A stretch of DNA of 59,516 nucleotides, counting the filler, from Asterionella formosa (lineage: Eukaryota), in the NCBI GenBank assembly GCA_002256025.1. It is 7 parts of 7 records of this genome, joined end to end, with 100 filler letters (N's around TTAATTAATTAA, not from the genome) between each part and the next. Parts side by side here need not be neighbours in the genome. Positions count along the whole stretch, not along the records: positions 8,524 to 16,943 come from NKIB01012215.1; positions 17,044 to 25,460 come from NKIB01012216.1; 5 more parts are not named here. One strand, written 5' to 3'. Of this stretch, positions 10,844-23,993 are shown in pieces (position 1 is the first letter of the stretch; each line of letters opens with the position of its first letter). The position numbers were made by a program, and so were the translations under genes. A model generated the notes under the pieces. That model ran no database searches. It was not told the DNA's origin and saw only the letters and a list, made by a program, of their open reading frames with translations.

Positions 10844-13800
10844 ATGGTCAAAAAGGGTAAGACAAGGAGGAACAAACAAGAAGAACGACGCAAGCAGCAG
10901 CGTATTCGTGACGGCAAATGAAATTTATAAATATTTGAGTTCAACAAAAAGCTCTTGTTTTTGTTCAAGGGCAACTTGCAGGTTCTGGTCTTGCTCATCG
11001 TTAGTAGATCTCCGAAAACTTAGACCTCTTTGTAAATGACTCTTGATCGTACATTTCTACTTCCATTCGTGGAAAAGATGCCTACGTCAGGAACGTTAGA
11101 TGGAGTTCTCATCGACCAGAAGGTTGCATTCGAAAAGCTTAAGGGGAGGGATAATGATAGAGTTCAACAAGGCAGGTTCCAGAACTGCCTCCCTGAGGAT
11201 TGCACGCAATGTACGTGATGCTTGATGATTTTACTACCGTTACCATGGCCCGTCGAGAGAATCCACCAATATCATTTCTAAATTAATAGCTACGGAGTAG
11301 ATACAGCTATACCACTATACATAAGAGCTGGTTGCAACCTGAAGATCAATGTAGTAGCATACGTTGGGCTTAGTATAGATTTTCTTTTGCAGTTAATAAT
11401 TGAGAGTAAAGAACTTTGACTTGCACACAAAATTGGTGCAATATTCGTTACATAAATGTTAACCTTTGCTCATTTCCCCACAAAAGGAATGTAAAATCTA
11501 TCTGTTGTTGCCAATCATAATTGTTGATTTTGTGGTTGCTTGCTTCTTCTTTGCTTCGTTGTATTGGTGTTAGCTAGGTGTGGGTGGTTTCAGGGGGGGA
11601 CAAGTCTCAAATGATGATTTCTTGTCTCACTGGATGTAGTACTAGCACAGTCCCAAGTCTTCAAATTGGTACAATGAAGCAGGATCTACTTCTGTCAAAC
11701 ATTCACATCCCTTACTTATTGCCACCTGTAGCAATACTAATCTAGTAGTTGCTGCTTCTTCTTTCTGCTTCCTCCATCTCTACTAGTTGTTCTTCTCCAG
11801 TTTGGTGATGTCCATTCATCTTCTACACTAGTAGTCATAGTACTTGTACTGTTGGAATCAAAAGTAGTAAGTAGAGAAACTTCTTTATCTAATGCTGATG
11901 TTGTGCCGGATACAACATATCTTGTTGTCGATTAGGTCTGCTTGTGTTTTAGATAATCAGATAAATGTGTCGGAAAGTAGCAATTGGCCTGAAAGTGGCA
12001 AAAACAATATTATACCAGCCATTGAGCCAGCATCGCCCGGAAACACATATATACATTTATGGGAAAACATACTATCTAATATATATTAAGCTGCGTCTAA
12101 ACGCCATGGACCATGTACTATAGCAATAAATCAATCAATTAGTCACTCTTAGTAAATGAATGCAATATTTCTTGAAGGCCCAAAAAATCGAGCCATATCT
12201 TCATGTCCAAGACCGTATTCACATCAGAACTTGCTTCCGACATACCAGAAAATGAAGCGAATCGCAGTCATCTCCTCAACAACGATGAAACCTCCAACAA
12301 GAAAACAGCTGCAACCATCCAAAAAGTACAAGGTGATACCTAGCTAATACTTTGGATAAGACTGTAATGTCACTTATTTAAAATAATATAGTAGTTATGG
12401 AATTAGAAACTTTAAAGGCAAATAGCAATGACAAACTACCAGCCATGTGGTGCAGTCTTGAATATTGTTGCACCTAAGGCGGCTACAATGCTGGCATGGC
12501 TGACAAAACCTATGATCCAGTACCATTCGCAGAAACGAAATCAGGCGGGAAAGGCAACTCATTCACTAGTGCAATTTTCTGTAACTATGACAATTAATTA
12601 TTCACAGTAGGACATACCTCATCAATTTTTAACCTGACAACAAGCAAATCCAAATTTAAACACCATCCAAATCACGAAATTCAAGAGAGACTTACTCACT
12701 CCAAAGGAAAGGCGCCATGCTGATTTTGCTATTGGAAAGGATGTCATTGTTGATTTGGTGTCAAAGGCATGGGATGAATCCTTTGCCCATATCGCTGCAA
12801 ACCAAAAAGCTGTTGCTGAATGATGTTGGGGTTCATTGATCTACAACTTGTTGTTCCATCCGAAAATTCCACTGAAAAGCCCCTCAAATCTGCAAACAGA
12901 AGCAAACAATAATTAACCAGTCTCTTCCATTCCCCCATCCAGACTAAACTTGAGCCAAGGCATCACTGGAACCCTTGTTGATCAGGTTGTACAGTGTCGC
13001 AATCATGAGGACCAATGAAAAGAAACAGCACTAAGGGCGATTGCAAGCAATAAACGATATACAGCCGGTCTTCATGTCGCTGCAGGTAGGTACTTCAACA
13101 TTTGAAGTGGTAGATGAAGAGTTGAAAAGGAAGAGGCGTGCGGAAGAGGCGTGCGGAAGAAGTGCAGAGTGAGCGAGACTAATAGAAAATAGACGCACAC
13201 ACGGCGGTTGCAAACAAGGTTGATGCAATCAGAACTCTAAACAAACAGTCAGCAGAGTGGACAGTGGCGCAAACGAAAACAATGGCAACATGTTACAAGC
13301 GAGAAGGCAATCTTGTTTCATTACCAACAACGAAGCAACTTCTACTTACAAGATACCATGACACTATAATGTGTGGCAACGATGCAGTACCAGTTGCAAC
13401 TGCAATGGTGCCACTTACTCACCCTTCGGTCGCTCCTATTACATGACAGGATATCATGATGGCAGTCTAAGAATGAGCAATGCAACAACTACAGCGAAAA
13501 AATGCGAAGAGTCTTTGATTGAACCAACAAGCCAAGATAAAATTGGAACGACACTACCAGCATACATAAGAAGGTGCAGCTACTCGTTGCGAAAAATAAC
13601 ATGCAAACAATATAATATTTTCTAACCGTCGCTTTTTAAAAAACTACATGCATAGTAAAATTTAATCAATGGCTTTGAGCCACTTCGGCCATTTTTGTCA
13701 CACTTTCAAAATGAATAGATCTCAGTAAATATGTGTTCAAGTAAAAAATGATTTAATTCTCATGTAGCTTACCGGGTAGTAATGAACTAACTAAAATATC

Positions 13801-14051
13801 TTGCCAAAGGGCGAAAGATGGGATCGATTTTAGCATTATTCTAGAATAAGTCAGAAAACAATATAATGACATGACTCAAAGCCATATATTACTGGTACCC
13901 CTCGCACACAGACAATCATCAAGCCAACCATCATGCTACGCTTACTTGGGACAGCGACCAGGGCTCGTACACATACACCGTACCAACCCTAACCCAGCAT
14001 TGAGTCCTCACTACAATCGAACACATTGCTTGTCCGCATTATTACATGGAC

Positions 14052-14799
14052 GAGTTTTCGAGCCTCAAAGGCGCAACTAGAATTTCAGCCTGCCTTTGAT
14101 ACTGGCGAGTAATAAGCTAAAGCTTCATTTTCTCCCATAGTACTCAGATATAGCTTTTGTCTACTATTATTAGGCAATTTCTACTAGTCTATTACAAATT
14201 ACCGTACTGCTCTATACTTTTGTCCCGCGAGAACAAGCTTGAGGATTGAAGACAATGCATGTGAATTCCCATGAATTCTCGATTGCTAGACGACCAATTC
14301 GAACCAACTGCACTACAGGTGTGCGAACATATTTTCTGTAAGTCGACCGAATGTCCGTAGTCGTGATCGAGCATTGCTGGAGCAATAGCTCAGGTCGGCT
14401 TCTTAAGCCGAAGACGTCAGTCGAAATTATGCACATCCAGTGCCCACTTTCTTGTCATGCGCTCGCGGATATATGGTTATCAAGTCGCAATGATCCCATT
14501 GCGGTCCTGATGTTTCTTTGTGGTTCCTCAAACTTGTTTCTTTCTTTTCCATCCCACCCTCCCTACAAGTCGGAGTTTCCAAGCCTCAAAGGCGCAACTT
14601 GAATTTTATCCTGCCTTTGATACTGGCGAGCGCTAAGCTAAAACTTCGTTTTCTCCCATACTCAGATATAGCTTTTGTCTACTCTTTTTAGGCAATTTCT
14701 ACTAGTCTAGTACAAATTACCGTACTGCTCTATACTTTTGTCCCGTGTGTACTACAAGCGTGAGGATTGAAGACAATGCATGTGAATTCCAATGAATTC
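14052..14799. repeat. Pair of ~227-bp direct repeats (14052-14278 and 14573-14799)
   Basis: Highly similar copies from gagttt..gcctcaaaggcgcaact to gtgaattcc.atgaattc. Confidence 0.9.
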
Positions 14800-15933
14800 A
14801 AGCAATCCAACAACCAACCACATCCGTTCGACAATGAATCGCTACTGGCATCATCACTAAACTAATTTCGCTTCAGACCGGTCATGATGGACAATGATCG
14901 GCACAGTGAAAGGTGAGTTGCTGGAGTCAGTTTTCAGGCGACGAACAAAAACGAGGTGAATAATAGATATAATTGAATCAAATCTGTAGAGTATTACATA
15001 AAATGGTTACCTTAAGTAGACCCCTTCTTCCAGATTTCGGTAATCCCAGGGCTGGAAAACCGAGGGGCAATTGGCGTAAATTGTCTTGCCAAAATGCAAA
15101 CATACAAAATATGCAAAATATTTTTTAATGATGGGCAAGAATATTGGATCCGGAAATATCTAAAATATATTTTACATGATAGGCAATAGCAAGCAAGCTA
15201 AAATTGACATTTATGCTTTATATGTGGGCAGTAGCTAGGTAAGCAAATAAAATGACAAATGTAGCATAGATGATCTGGTTGCTGCAACCATGAACATCGC
15301 TGTAGTAACCTGATCCAAGTTGCTTGCAGTTGTCCCTCCGCCCACAGTTGTTCCTCCCTTGCTTCAAACAGTAGCCCTGATCATTTCATTCCAATCTGTT
15401 CTAATTTTTCGTGATCGCCAGGAAGCTCCAACACTATCAACTCCCTCTAGCTGAGTATTTATCTAGCTTGTGATACAAACTCATAGTAGAAATGTAGCAA
15501 AGCGCGTTAGTACAAGAAAAGCATTGCTTGGCGGCAATACTGACATCATGGTCAACAACTATGCAAATCAACAAATATGATCAACAACAACAACACGTCA
15601 TGGTCAAAGAGTAGTCATCAATAAATAAATTGGTTCTTATGTAGATAGATACAATCTAAACAACTGACAGTGTGGAACAACAACAACAATGAAAGTGATC
15701 AAAACAGACCATGAAAGCAATTAAATCAGAAATTCGACAATTAGTATCTATAATCACATTGAGTGTTTCACTGTTGTACTCACTGATCCACTCTAAAAAG
15801 TGTAACACACAGCAGACGATGGGCTCAAAAGCCCGAGTTGAGCAACGGCAGCCAGGATAGAGTGAGAATTATAATTGTGAGGACGACATCGTGCATATGG
15901 TACGTAAAATCAATCAATGTATGTGAACGATAT

Positions 15934-16487
15934 AATTTAAAATTCTAGTCTCGTAAAAATAATACCAAGTCTACCGAGATAATATAATATTGTGTTCAAA
16001 GCAAGCGTTAAAGTTTAGCTTAAACCATGCATGGTTGTTTCGAGTACCTGGTACCACGTACGTATGTAGGACTCCGGCAATTCACCTTTCACCATGCCGA
16101 TCGCCGTCCATCATGACTGGTTTGAAGCAAAATCAGTTCAGCGATGACGCCAGTAGCGATTCTTTGTCTTACGGATGCGGTTGGTTGTTGGATTGCTTGT
16201 CTTCTCGAGGGATTCATGTACCCGGTAGTCGCATCGTCCATATTTCGTCGGACCAACGATGATATCGATACATCTGATGTTGGTGGCAAGTTTTTGCTCC
16301 GGTCATGCATGTGATGACGCTTCTTAACGGATATTCTACCAGCAGTCATCTAGCCTACATACATACGTACGTGGGACTCGAAACAACCATGCGTGGTTTA
16401 AGCTAAACTTTAACGCTTACTTTGAACACATTATTATATTATCTCGGTAGACTCGGTATTATTTTTACGAGACCTGAATGTTAAATT
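15934..16487. mobile_element. MITE/foldback element with ~110-130-bp terminal inverted repeats, ~215 bp upstream of the glucokinase
   Basis: gtctcgtaaaaataatacc...atggttgtttcgagt is the reverse complement of actcgaaacaaccat...ggtattatttttacgagac. Confidence 0.85.
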
Positions 16488-16702
16488 GTTTTTGCCTTCA
16501 GCAATTCGCCTGCTCACTTCAACTACCAGTACCGGTAATTATCTGGTTTACAATCAATTCGACCACTCTGTGAGAATATTCCCCTGATTCTGTTGTCTCA
16601 TCGGCACAGCTCGGGAATGCAAATAACGTAACATAAACACTTTCACCTTCTCCTCTATCATCCTGTAATCGTTCGATTTGTTCACCTAGAGAACCAAACA
16701 TT

Positions 16703-16943
16703 ATGAAGAATTTATTCCTTACCATTTTCATTGTTCTTATTGTCGTTTTTGCAAACGGAGAGTCGCAAACTCCTCAAGTAGCATCAACAACTTCGATAAC
16801 AAAACGAAGCAGAGGTACATACATGCTCACGGGAGACGTGGGAGGAACGAACTCTCGCATGGCGCTCTATGGAGCGGCGTCGTCCATTCCCCTTTGTGTC
16901 AAATACTACCGCAACGAGGAACACATCAAAGAAAAGAAGGATG
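16703..16943 (+). CDS. Glucokinase (Glk/PF02685-like), N-terminal fragment with a hydrophobic leader; cut by the gap
   Basis: LTGDVGGTNSRMALY phosphate-1 motif after MKNLFLTIFIVLIVVFANG. Confidence 0.8.
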
Positions 16944-17123
16944 NNNNNNNNNNNNNNNNNNNNNNNNNNNNNNNNNNNNNNNNNNNNTTAATTAATTAAN
17001 NNNNNNNNNNNNNNNNNNNNNNNNNNNNNNNNNNNNNNNNNNNTATTGCTATTTACGTTTTAGACTACGGAGAAAACGGTGGTGAAGTTGGTTTGCTCGC
17101 AGTGTTGGATTATCAAAAAAGGT

Positions 17124-17202
17124 CTGATGTCTTGTACTCCCCTCTAAGTAAAATCAGTCGTGGCTGTGTACATTGAGGGGTACGAGACACCAGGTTTTAC
17201 GG
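17124..17202. mobile_element. DNA transposon terminus (...CGAGACACCAGGTTTTACGG) with subterminal hairpin
   Basis: The last 20 bp are the exact reverse complement of CCGTAAAACCTGGTGTCTCG at 57570; the loop TAAGTAAAATCAGTC..GTGTACATTG is shared with 9063-9147. Confidence 0.65.
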
Positions 17203-17209
17203 CAGGCAC

Positions 17210-18785
17210 AGTATGGTCGAAATAAGATATGTATGACCAATACATATACTTGTATGTTTGTTGAACAACCTATGGATTTATGCCGGACACTCAACAACTA
17301 ATTGGTAACCAGCCAGCAGTAAAACCAACAGGGTATGAAATTAAATATATATATAGCACACATTACTGTGTCCGGCGATGATTGGAATCATCTTAATTAA
17401 CGCTGCAGCTGAATATATCGTGTTTCCACTTTCCTTTACTAGTTTATCAGACCTTTCCGCTCCTTCTTACTACCCCCCTTGGACCCATTGTACTTTGACG
17501 CAGATTCCATCTGGTCAAAGCAGCTGTTGTTGCAAACCAAAAGTCAACATGTTGAAGTGGCACGACAGAGGTCCCGTTTGCTTGTGCCCCCACCCACCCA
17601 CCCACCTTACTTGGTACCGAGAGTCTGAAAAGACGCTCACTGCGCCTTCAAGAGCATACAAAGGGGCCCCTTCTTTTCTTTTACACTTGCTTCTGAACCA
17701 CCATGTCCCTAGCCCTTCCGGACGCCCAGGACCCTTGGCTTGACGACCCTCTTGACATTGGCGGTGCACCAACCATGGTTGATCTTGCATATGCCAACTT
17801 CATGCTCACTACAATAGGATTTCTGTAAGATTTCCATGATATTCTAATTGATCCTGGTCTCCATGATTTCATCCTTTTAGGCATCGTCATCACTAAACAT
17901 ATCATTTCCATGATGAACATTCTTACCCTGGAAGCAATTCTCACTCACTGCAACCACATGGCCTGCCATGAACATAAACATGCCATCAGGTTGTCCATCA
18001 TCAATACCAGCCACCTTCCTGTGTTGCCACACCCCAGCATGTCTTCCCATCTATCAAGCATTGTCAACCCTTGGCTTGCCAATTCTCTTAAATAAGGGGC
18101 AGGGGGAATTGCTGGATCTAGCCTACACAGATGCTCACAGCAGCAACAAAAGTATCATATCATGGGGTTTTTCTCTATTATTTTACTCTCCAAACAACCA
18201 AGGATTTCCTTTGCCAGTACAAGAACACTACACTATGGTGGGAGGGAGACTGTGATCTTGAATATTCTCCTTCTTTTCACCAGAACATTGCGGATAGGGG
18301 AGATATGTCTCATGGCAGCAAAATAACAGAAAGGGGAGCTTATTGCATCACAGAATCAGGCAAATGAATTGACAAGATACTTCTTCATTTTTTTCCAAAA
18401 TTTTCAGATCGATTCCACAGCAAACCTGGGCAATCTTGTGGCACCCACTATACATTGGTTAACAGCTTGAATGAAGGGGAGTAGCAGCGAAAGATTACAA
18501 CATACCCCAGGTAAGCAAAGTCATTCAATAGTGAACAGGCAAAGTATGGTTGAAATATGTATGACCAATACATATTTATGTTGAACAACCTATGGATTTA
18601 TATTGGACAACCAACAGCTACCTGGTACCAGCCAGCAGTGAAACATACAGGGTATGAAATCAATTATATAGCACACATTAGTAGAATTAAAATTTGGTAA
18701 AAGTTTTTCTCTCTGTCTGGCAATGATTGGAATGTCGTGATTTGCATTCCAGCTGTATATATCATGTTTCCACTTTCCTTTACTA
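17210..18785. repeat. Diverged ~235-bp direct repeats (17210-17441 and 18543-18785) flanking ~1.1 kb of unidentified sequence
   Basis: Shared blocks atatgtatgaccaatacatat, ttgaacaacctatggattta, ccagccagcagt, tgtttccactttcctttacta. Confidence 0.8.
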
Positions 18786-19278
18786 TGATACATCCTTCAT
18801 GTATAATATAGCTAGTACAAATATTTATATTATTATTAAAAAAATTTAATCTACCGGTACCTTTATAAGTATCCACAATTTTGTCCAAGCAAAACAGTGA
18901 TGCATTTGATAATGTCCATGCATCCAAATCAAATCCAGGTCAATGTTTTCTACTACACCATATTATTTTTTCAAAATTGATAGAAACAAATGAAGTGTGG
19001 TCCACACAAAAGGCATTTACACCAATCAACATTTCAGATTTGATTTGATTCCCCAGGGCATGGTTTACAACCACAGGAATTGGGAAAATTGTATCAATGC
19101 TTTGCTTACTCAGACTTTGATTCAAGGAAGACAAGTTACCACCCACCTCTAAATCCCTTGTCCCACCTTTTATGGGGGGGCCATGGAGGGCATTGCTGAT
19201 GGCTCTAGTTTTAATGCACTACTATAGAAATGATTGCCAAATTAATTATGTAAATTATAGCTTTAATATTTGTGGTCT

Positions 19279-22200
19279 GAAGTCTGGGTGAAGAAATGCA
19301 GGGATCACGGAAACACAGAAGCACCATGGATGTATTATTCAAGAAAACATTGAGCTTTGATTTGTGTAGACAACAAAGAACAAACATGGCTCTTTTCGAC
19401 AATGATGCTGGAAGCTGTTATGATAGAATCCTAGGTAACTTGGCCATGCTCTGCGCAAGAAGACTGGGAGTCCCATCAGAAGCGGTATTTGTACACTCGG
19501 AGACACTTCGACTGATGAAATATACTGTCAAAACTGACTACGGGACCTCGGCTGGGCACTATAGCAGCACTGCCACCGAGCCTTTAGCAGGAACAGGACA
19601 AGGAAGTGGAGCATCTCCAGCGGTTTGGCTGTCTATTTGTGCAGCACTTTTGTTGGCCTACAAAACACATGTACCAAAGGGAATAACATTCTCTGACCCA
19701 ACCGAAACTATGATCTCATCCAGGCGATATGCTGATGCATTTGTAGATGACACAAGCATAGGTTTCAATGACCCCAACAACCTCATGAATGTTCCTTCCC
19801 TGATTCGGACACTCACGGAATGCGCCCAACTATGCTGGGAAAACTTATTTTTCTCTACAGGTGGCGCCCTTGAGCTCTCCAAATGCTACTATCATCATAT
19901 CTTTCACTGGCAGTGGGATGTCCTAGGATACCCCAAGATAACCACACTGAATCCACATCTGACTGATCCAGGAGAGTATAGCTCATCAACAGACACATTC
20001 AACAGTCTCAAACTGATCTCAGGGAGGGAGACGCACTACACTAAGATCCATCACAAAGCACCCCATATAAGCTCAAAATCACTTGGTGTTATTTCATGTC
20101 CTCTTGGGAACTGGGATGACGAATTCAGAAGACTGGCTACAAAAAGCAATATTCATGCTACTACCACAACCATGTCAAATCAAGTGCGCAACATGGATGC
20201 ACATCAGGCTCATCGAACCATTTGGGCCAGCCAAATGGGCTACTCCCTGTGAATCACGGGAATGAATGCTAAACAATTAGAGACAATTCAGAGGAAGGCG
20301 CGTAGGGCCAGCCTGGGAAAGATGGGTTTTAATCAAAATTTCCCGCGGGTAGTGCTTCATGGTCCCTCAACAGTGGGGGCACTGAATCTAGTTGACCTTA
20401 CAATCGAAGAAGGAATCAGAGCCATGGACAGTTACCTTTTTCACCAATATGCACAAGACGAAATATCGAAGTTGATGGATATCTCACTACAATTCACCCA
20501 GCTTCTTGCTGAGTCTGGCAGGGAGGAGGAATTACTCCTCCACCCAAAGATTCCAATTGGCTATACCACATCAACATGGACAACTCAACTCAGGAACTTC
20601 ATGGGAATGCACAATCTCCGCATCGAACGAACAAGAGGATGGCAACCCAGGACACAATGTGTACATGATCAGATGATCATGTCTCTCTTCCTCAACAAAC
20701 GCATATCAGATTATCTTCTTTTTCACCTTAACGCGTGCAGGATGTATCTCCAAGTCACCTCACTAGCAGATATAGTAACAGCGGATGGCAGATACATTCG
20801 ACCAGAAATAGTGGAGTGCAATCGAATTGCACAACGAAGCTCACAGTGGACCTGGCTGACCACAACAACCAAAACCAATGCTTCAACAAGAAGACAACTG
20901 GAAAGAAGCAATTACTAAACACCTAATCACTCAAGGATCCAAAAAGCACCTAAGGCTCCGTCAACCATTAGGGAGGTGGACAGGCACTCCTACTAGCCAC
21001 TGGCAATATTATTATGATCAAACTACAAAAAGATTACTATGGAAACATCAGGAGATAGACGCATAAGTATGGATAGTATATGAAAATGAACCGGTATTGT
21101 TGGGAGCTCCAAGATTTAATTTATCCACTGGCACTCCATCGAATGTGGGGCCCCCAAAAGATCATTGCTCTCCCTGTGATGTTAGTCCTTGGGGATCAAT
21201 TACCTTCAGATCCTGCGTCATGACATCAAAACCAGCTCAAGCAAGAACCAACCTTAGAACTTTCAGGGAACATGTTAAAGGGTTGTTGGACTCCCACAAA
21301 CAAAGGCTACTTCGAAATCTCACTATGACAAATATGACGGAGGCTAGACTTTTGCCGCCATCTTTACTTTGGCTTGCCATTCAAGATTGCGACTGATGCC
21401 TCAATGCAGCAGGACAAAAGAAGTTCCTTCGCGTGGACAATGAGGCTGAAACGCACAAACACACTGATCTCAGAACAAAGCGCACAGTGCTCCGGTCCGC
21501 CTGTTGATGGCGACCCTGCCCAAAACAGCTCCACCACTTAAGCGGAACTCTTTAGGCTGGCTTCGGAGATGATTTTTCTCCAGTAATTCATTGAATTTCA
21601 TAGCATATCAACCAGCTCCACCGCATACATATGGAGCAACAGCGCGGCCTCTATAGCAAGATTGGATTTCATCTCCTGGAGCAAGCACCAAGGACTACCC
21701 CCAGCAAATTCTGATATTGTTTCACTCCTAGCAGATATTTCCAAGAAACTATACATTGACATCAAGATACAGTGGATTAAAACCCATCAAGACAATGCTG
21801 CTACAACACAGCGTTTGACTTCAATAGCATCGATGAATGTTCAAGCAGACAGCTTAGCTTCCCAATATCTGCTAGGAAAACCAATCACAGCAGCCACAGG
21901 AGGTTCACCAAGAAGGCCATCGAGACACTTCCCCACTAGTATGTATGCCAGCTTACTAATCGAAGACAGGAGAATACACAGTTTCACCAGTGCACAGATC
22001 CGCTCACACATTAAAGGTTATCACTACAGAACATATTTCAGGAAGAAACAACACAAGATAGACCATATGGCAGAATCAAAGCAACATTGACTGGCACAGT
22101 CTGAACTCAGCCGTCAAGAAACAAACAACAGGGATGAAAGCAATGATAACAAAGTACATACATGGCTGGCTACCCACAGGTACCCAAAGGAAACTCATTC

Positions 22201-23200
22201 ACAATGCAAGTGCCAAGAAACCAATGAACAATCACATGCAGAATTCCCAAAGCACGGTATAATAAGGGAATCAGGCTGTCAGCAATGGCAAATTCTATCC
22301 AGAAAACACGAACAGACACAAAAGTGACACCAGTATGGTTAGATTATATCAGACATTTGATGTCACAGAATGAAAAGCCTTTCACACCCCACTTTGTACC
22401 TTGTACTTAGGAAAAAACAAAACAGATCATCTATCAATCGCTTAAACATCAGGCGCATTGGGCAAGGAACTCACTCTTCGGGGGTGTTTGGTAAGCAAAG
22501 CGTTGGAACAAGGCAGCAAAGAGTTCCGACATCGACGGCAACATGGCGACAGGAAAAATACATGAATCGCGGGTACCTTCAGCTACTACAAATCTATGGA
22601 TGGTTGTCCACAGATCATGGACAGACAGAAACGAAATTCTCCATTGCAACGTCAACCTCAACATAGTAGCACAATCTGATCTTGATCAGCAAATTAATCA
22701 GCAATACTACCAGCATAAAGAAGAAATATGCAGACGGGATTCCCATCTCTTCTCAATCGCACTACAGGATCTGCTTGACTCCCGACTGAACCGAAAAATT
22801 AGGTTTCTGGAAAGAGCAAAGTACATATTTCACGCATCCAAACAGCAGTCACAAAAGGGACAGGCGTCTATAAACACGATCTTCTCAGGCAATACAGTAC
22901 AGGAGACAAGAACTCCGACTCCAACAATCCATCAAAACTCTCGTGTGTGGCCTACAAGAACCCACTACAAACAATCCACACTACAAATCCAATTCCCAAG
23001 CTGACATGCACCACTCACTTACATGGAAAGGACCCAAGATTGCAGCTACCGAAATTGTTTTTAACCCATACTTCTACGCGAGGGAGTGACCACCAACACA
23101 TCTTCCACCGCCCCACCTCACTATGGGCCATGGAGCGCAATAACGCCGAATCTAGAAATATGCTAGGATAACGACGCTATAAAAATGATTGATTTGTATA
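19279..23200 (+). mobile_element. 5'-truncated, degenerate non-LTR retrotransposon (LINE) with RT and RNase H, probably Ambal-like; 16-bp TSD
   Basis: RT motifs DNDAGSCYDRI, GTGQGSGASP, FVDDT, GGALELSKC; RNase H remnants IATDAS, WIKTHQD, NVQADSLA; several frameshifts and stops; TTAATATTTGTGGTCT at both 19263-19278 and 23201-23216. Confidence 0.9.
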
Positions 23201-23411
23201 TTAATATTTGTGGTCTCAATATTCTCCTAATTTATTACTTTTACAGCGTATATCTGTGAATAATATTCACTCCGCTTTCAGAATATAATTGAAATATTTC
23301 AAATATATAATTTTAAATAGGCAATGGCTTAGTGGTTTAGCAACTCCCATTCCAGCTATTGTCTTACCACTCGGGTACTTCCAAGTGATTTTTTAAGCTC
23401 TAAGTAATTTC

Positions 23412-23993
23412 TTAAGTAATTTTTATGTAGGGGCAATATTCTTTCACTTTTTCTGCCATGATGGAGCTGGCTACTGCGGTTGTTACCTTTGGACAACCAC
23501 CATAAGGCGGGGTTGTAGTGGCAGAAATGGTGCTGCTGCTTTCAGTTGATGCAGCAGTAGTGCTGGTAGGAGGCAAACTAGAACTTGCAGACATAATCAT
23601 AGTAGTAATGGAAGAATGATGATGATTTTTTCTGCTATAGCTGTAATTTTCTACACCTTCCATTGTCAGCATAGATATTTCGCTTTCTTGTGATTCTTCA
23701 TGCACATCCTCCTCAGGCTGTTTGTCCATGCTGGTACTGGTGCCACCAGATGATCTCATTTTACTTAGAAAGTATTTCGCTTTCTGTGTAGTCACCCATG
23801 GGACAAGTTCTTGTACATCGTGCACAGCACGAGAAATTGCTCCATACGGTAGTTTTCCATTATTGTTCGCTTTCAACACTTCCATATTTGTAGAAATGTT
23901 CAATAGGCAATGTTCAATCATTCTGGCTTTGTTTGTGCTGCTAATAGACTGAGCCGCCTTGCCCAAAGGCACATTTGATTTCTTTTTTGCCAT
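23412..23993 (-). mobile_element. Probable N-terminal remnant of a DNA-transposon protein
   Basis: GKLPYG..PWVT helical region, S/T-rich linker and a decayed GGRPKGTT-like motif (YGGCPKVTT), in a TE-rich context; family assignment is from recollection only. Confidence 0.4.

Noticed and set aside
11080..11190. Heat-shock elements upstream of the HSF (autoregulation)
   Set aside because: Only two-unit TTCnnGAA matches, which are expected by chance
11560..13860. Protein-coding genes among the many short ORFs
   Set aside because: No coherent frame or motif; 11740-11890 resembles 29840-29965, indicating decayed repeat
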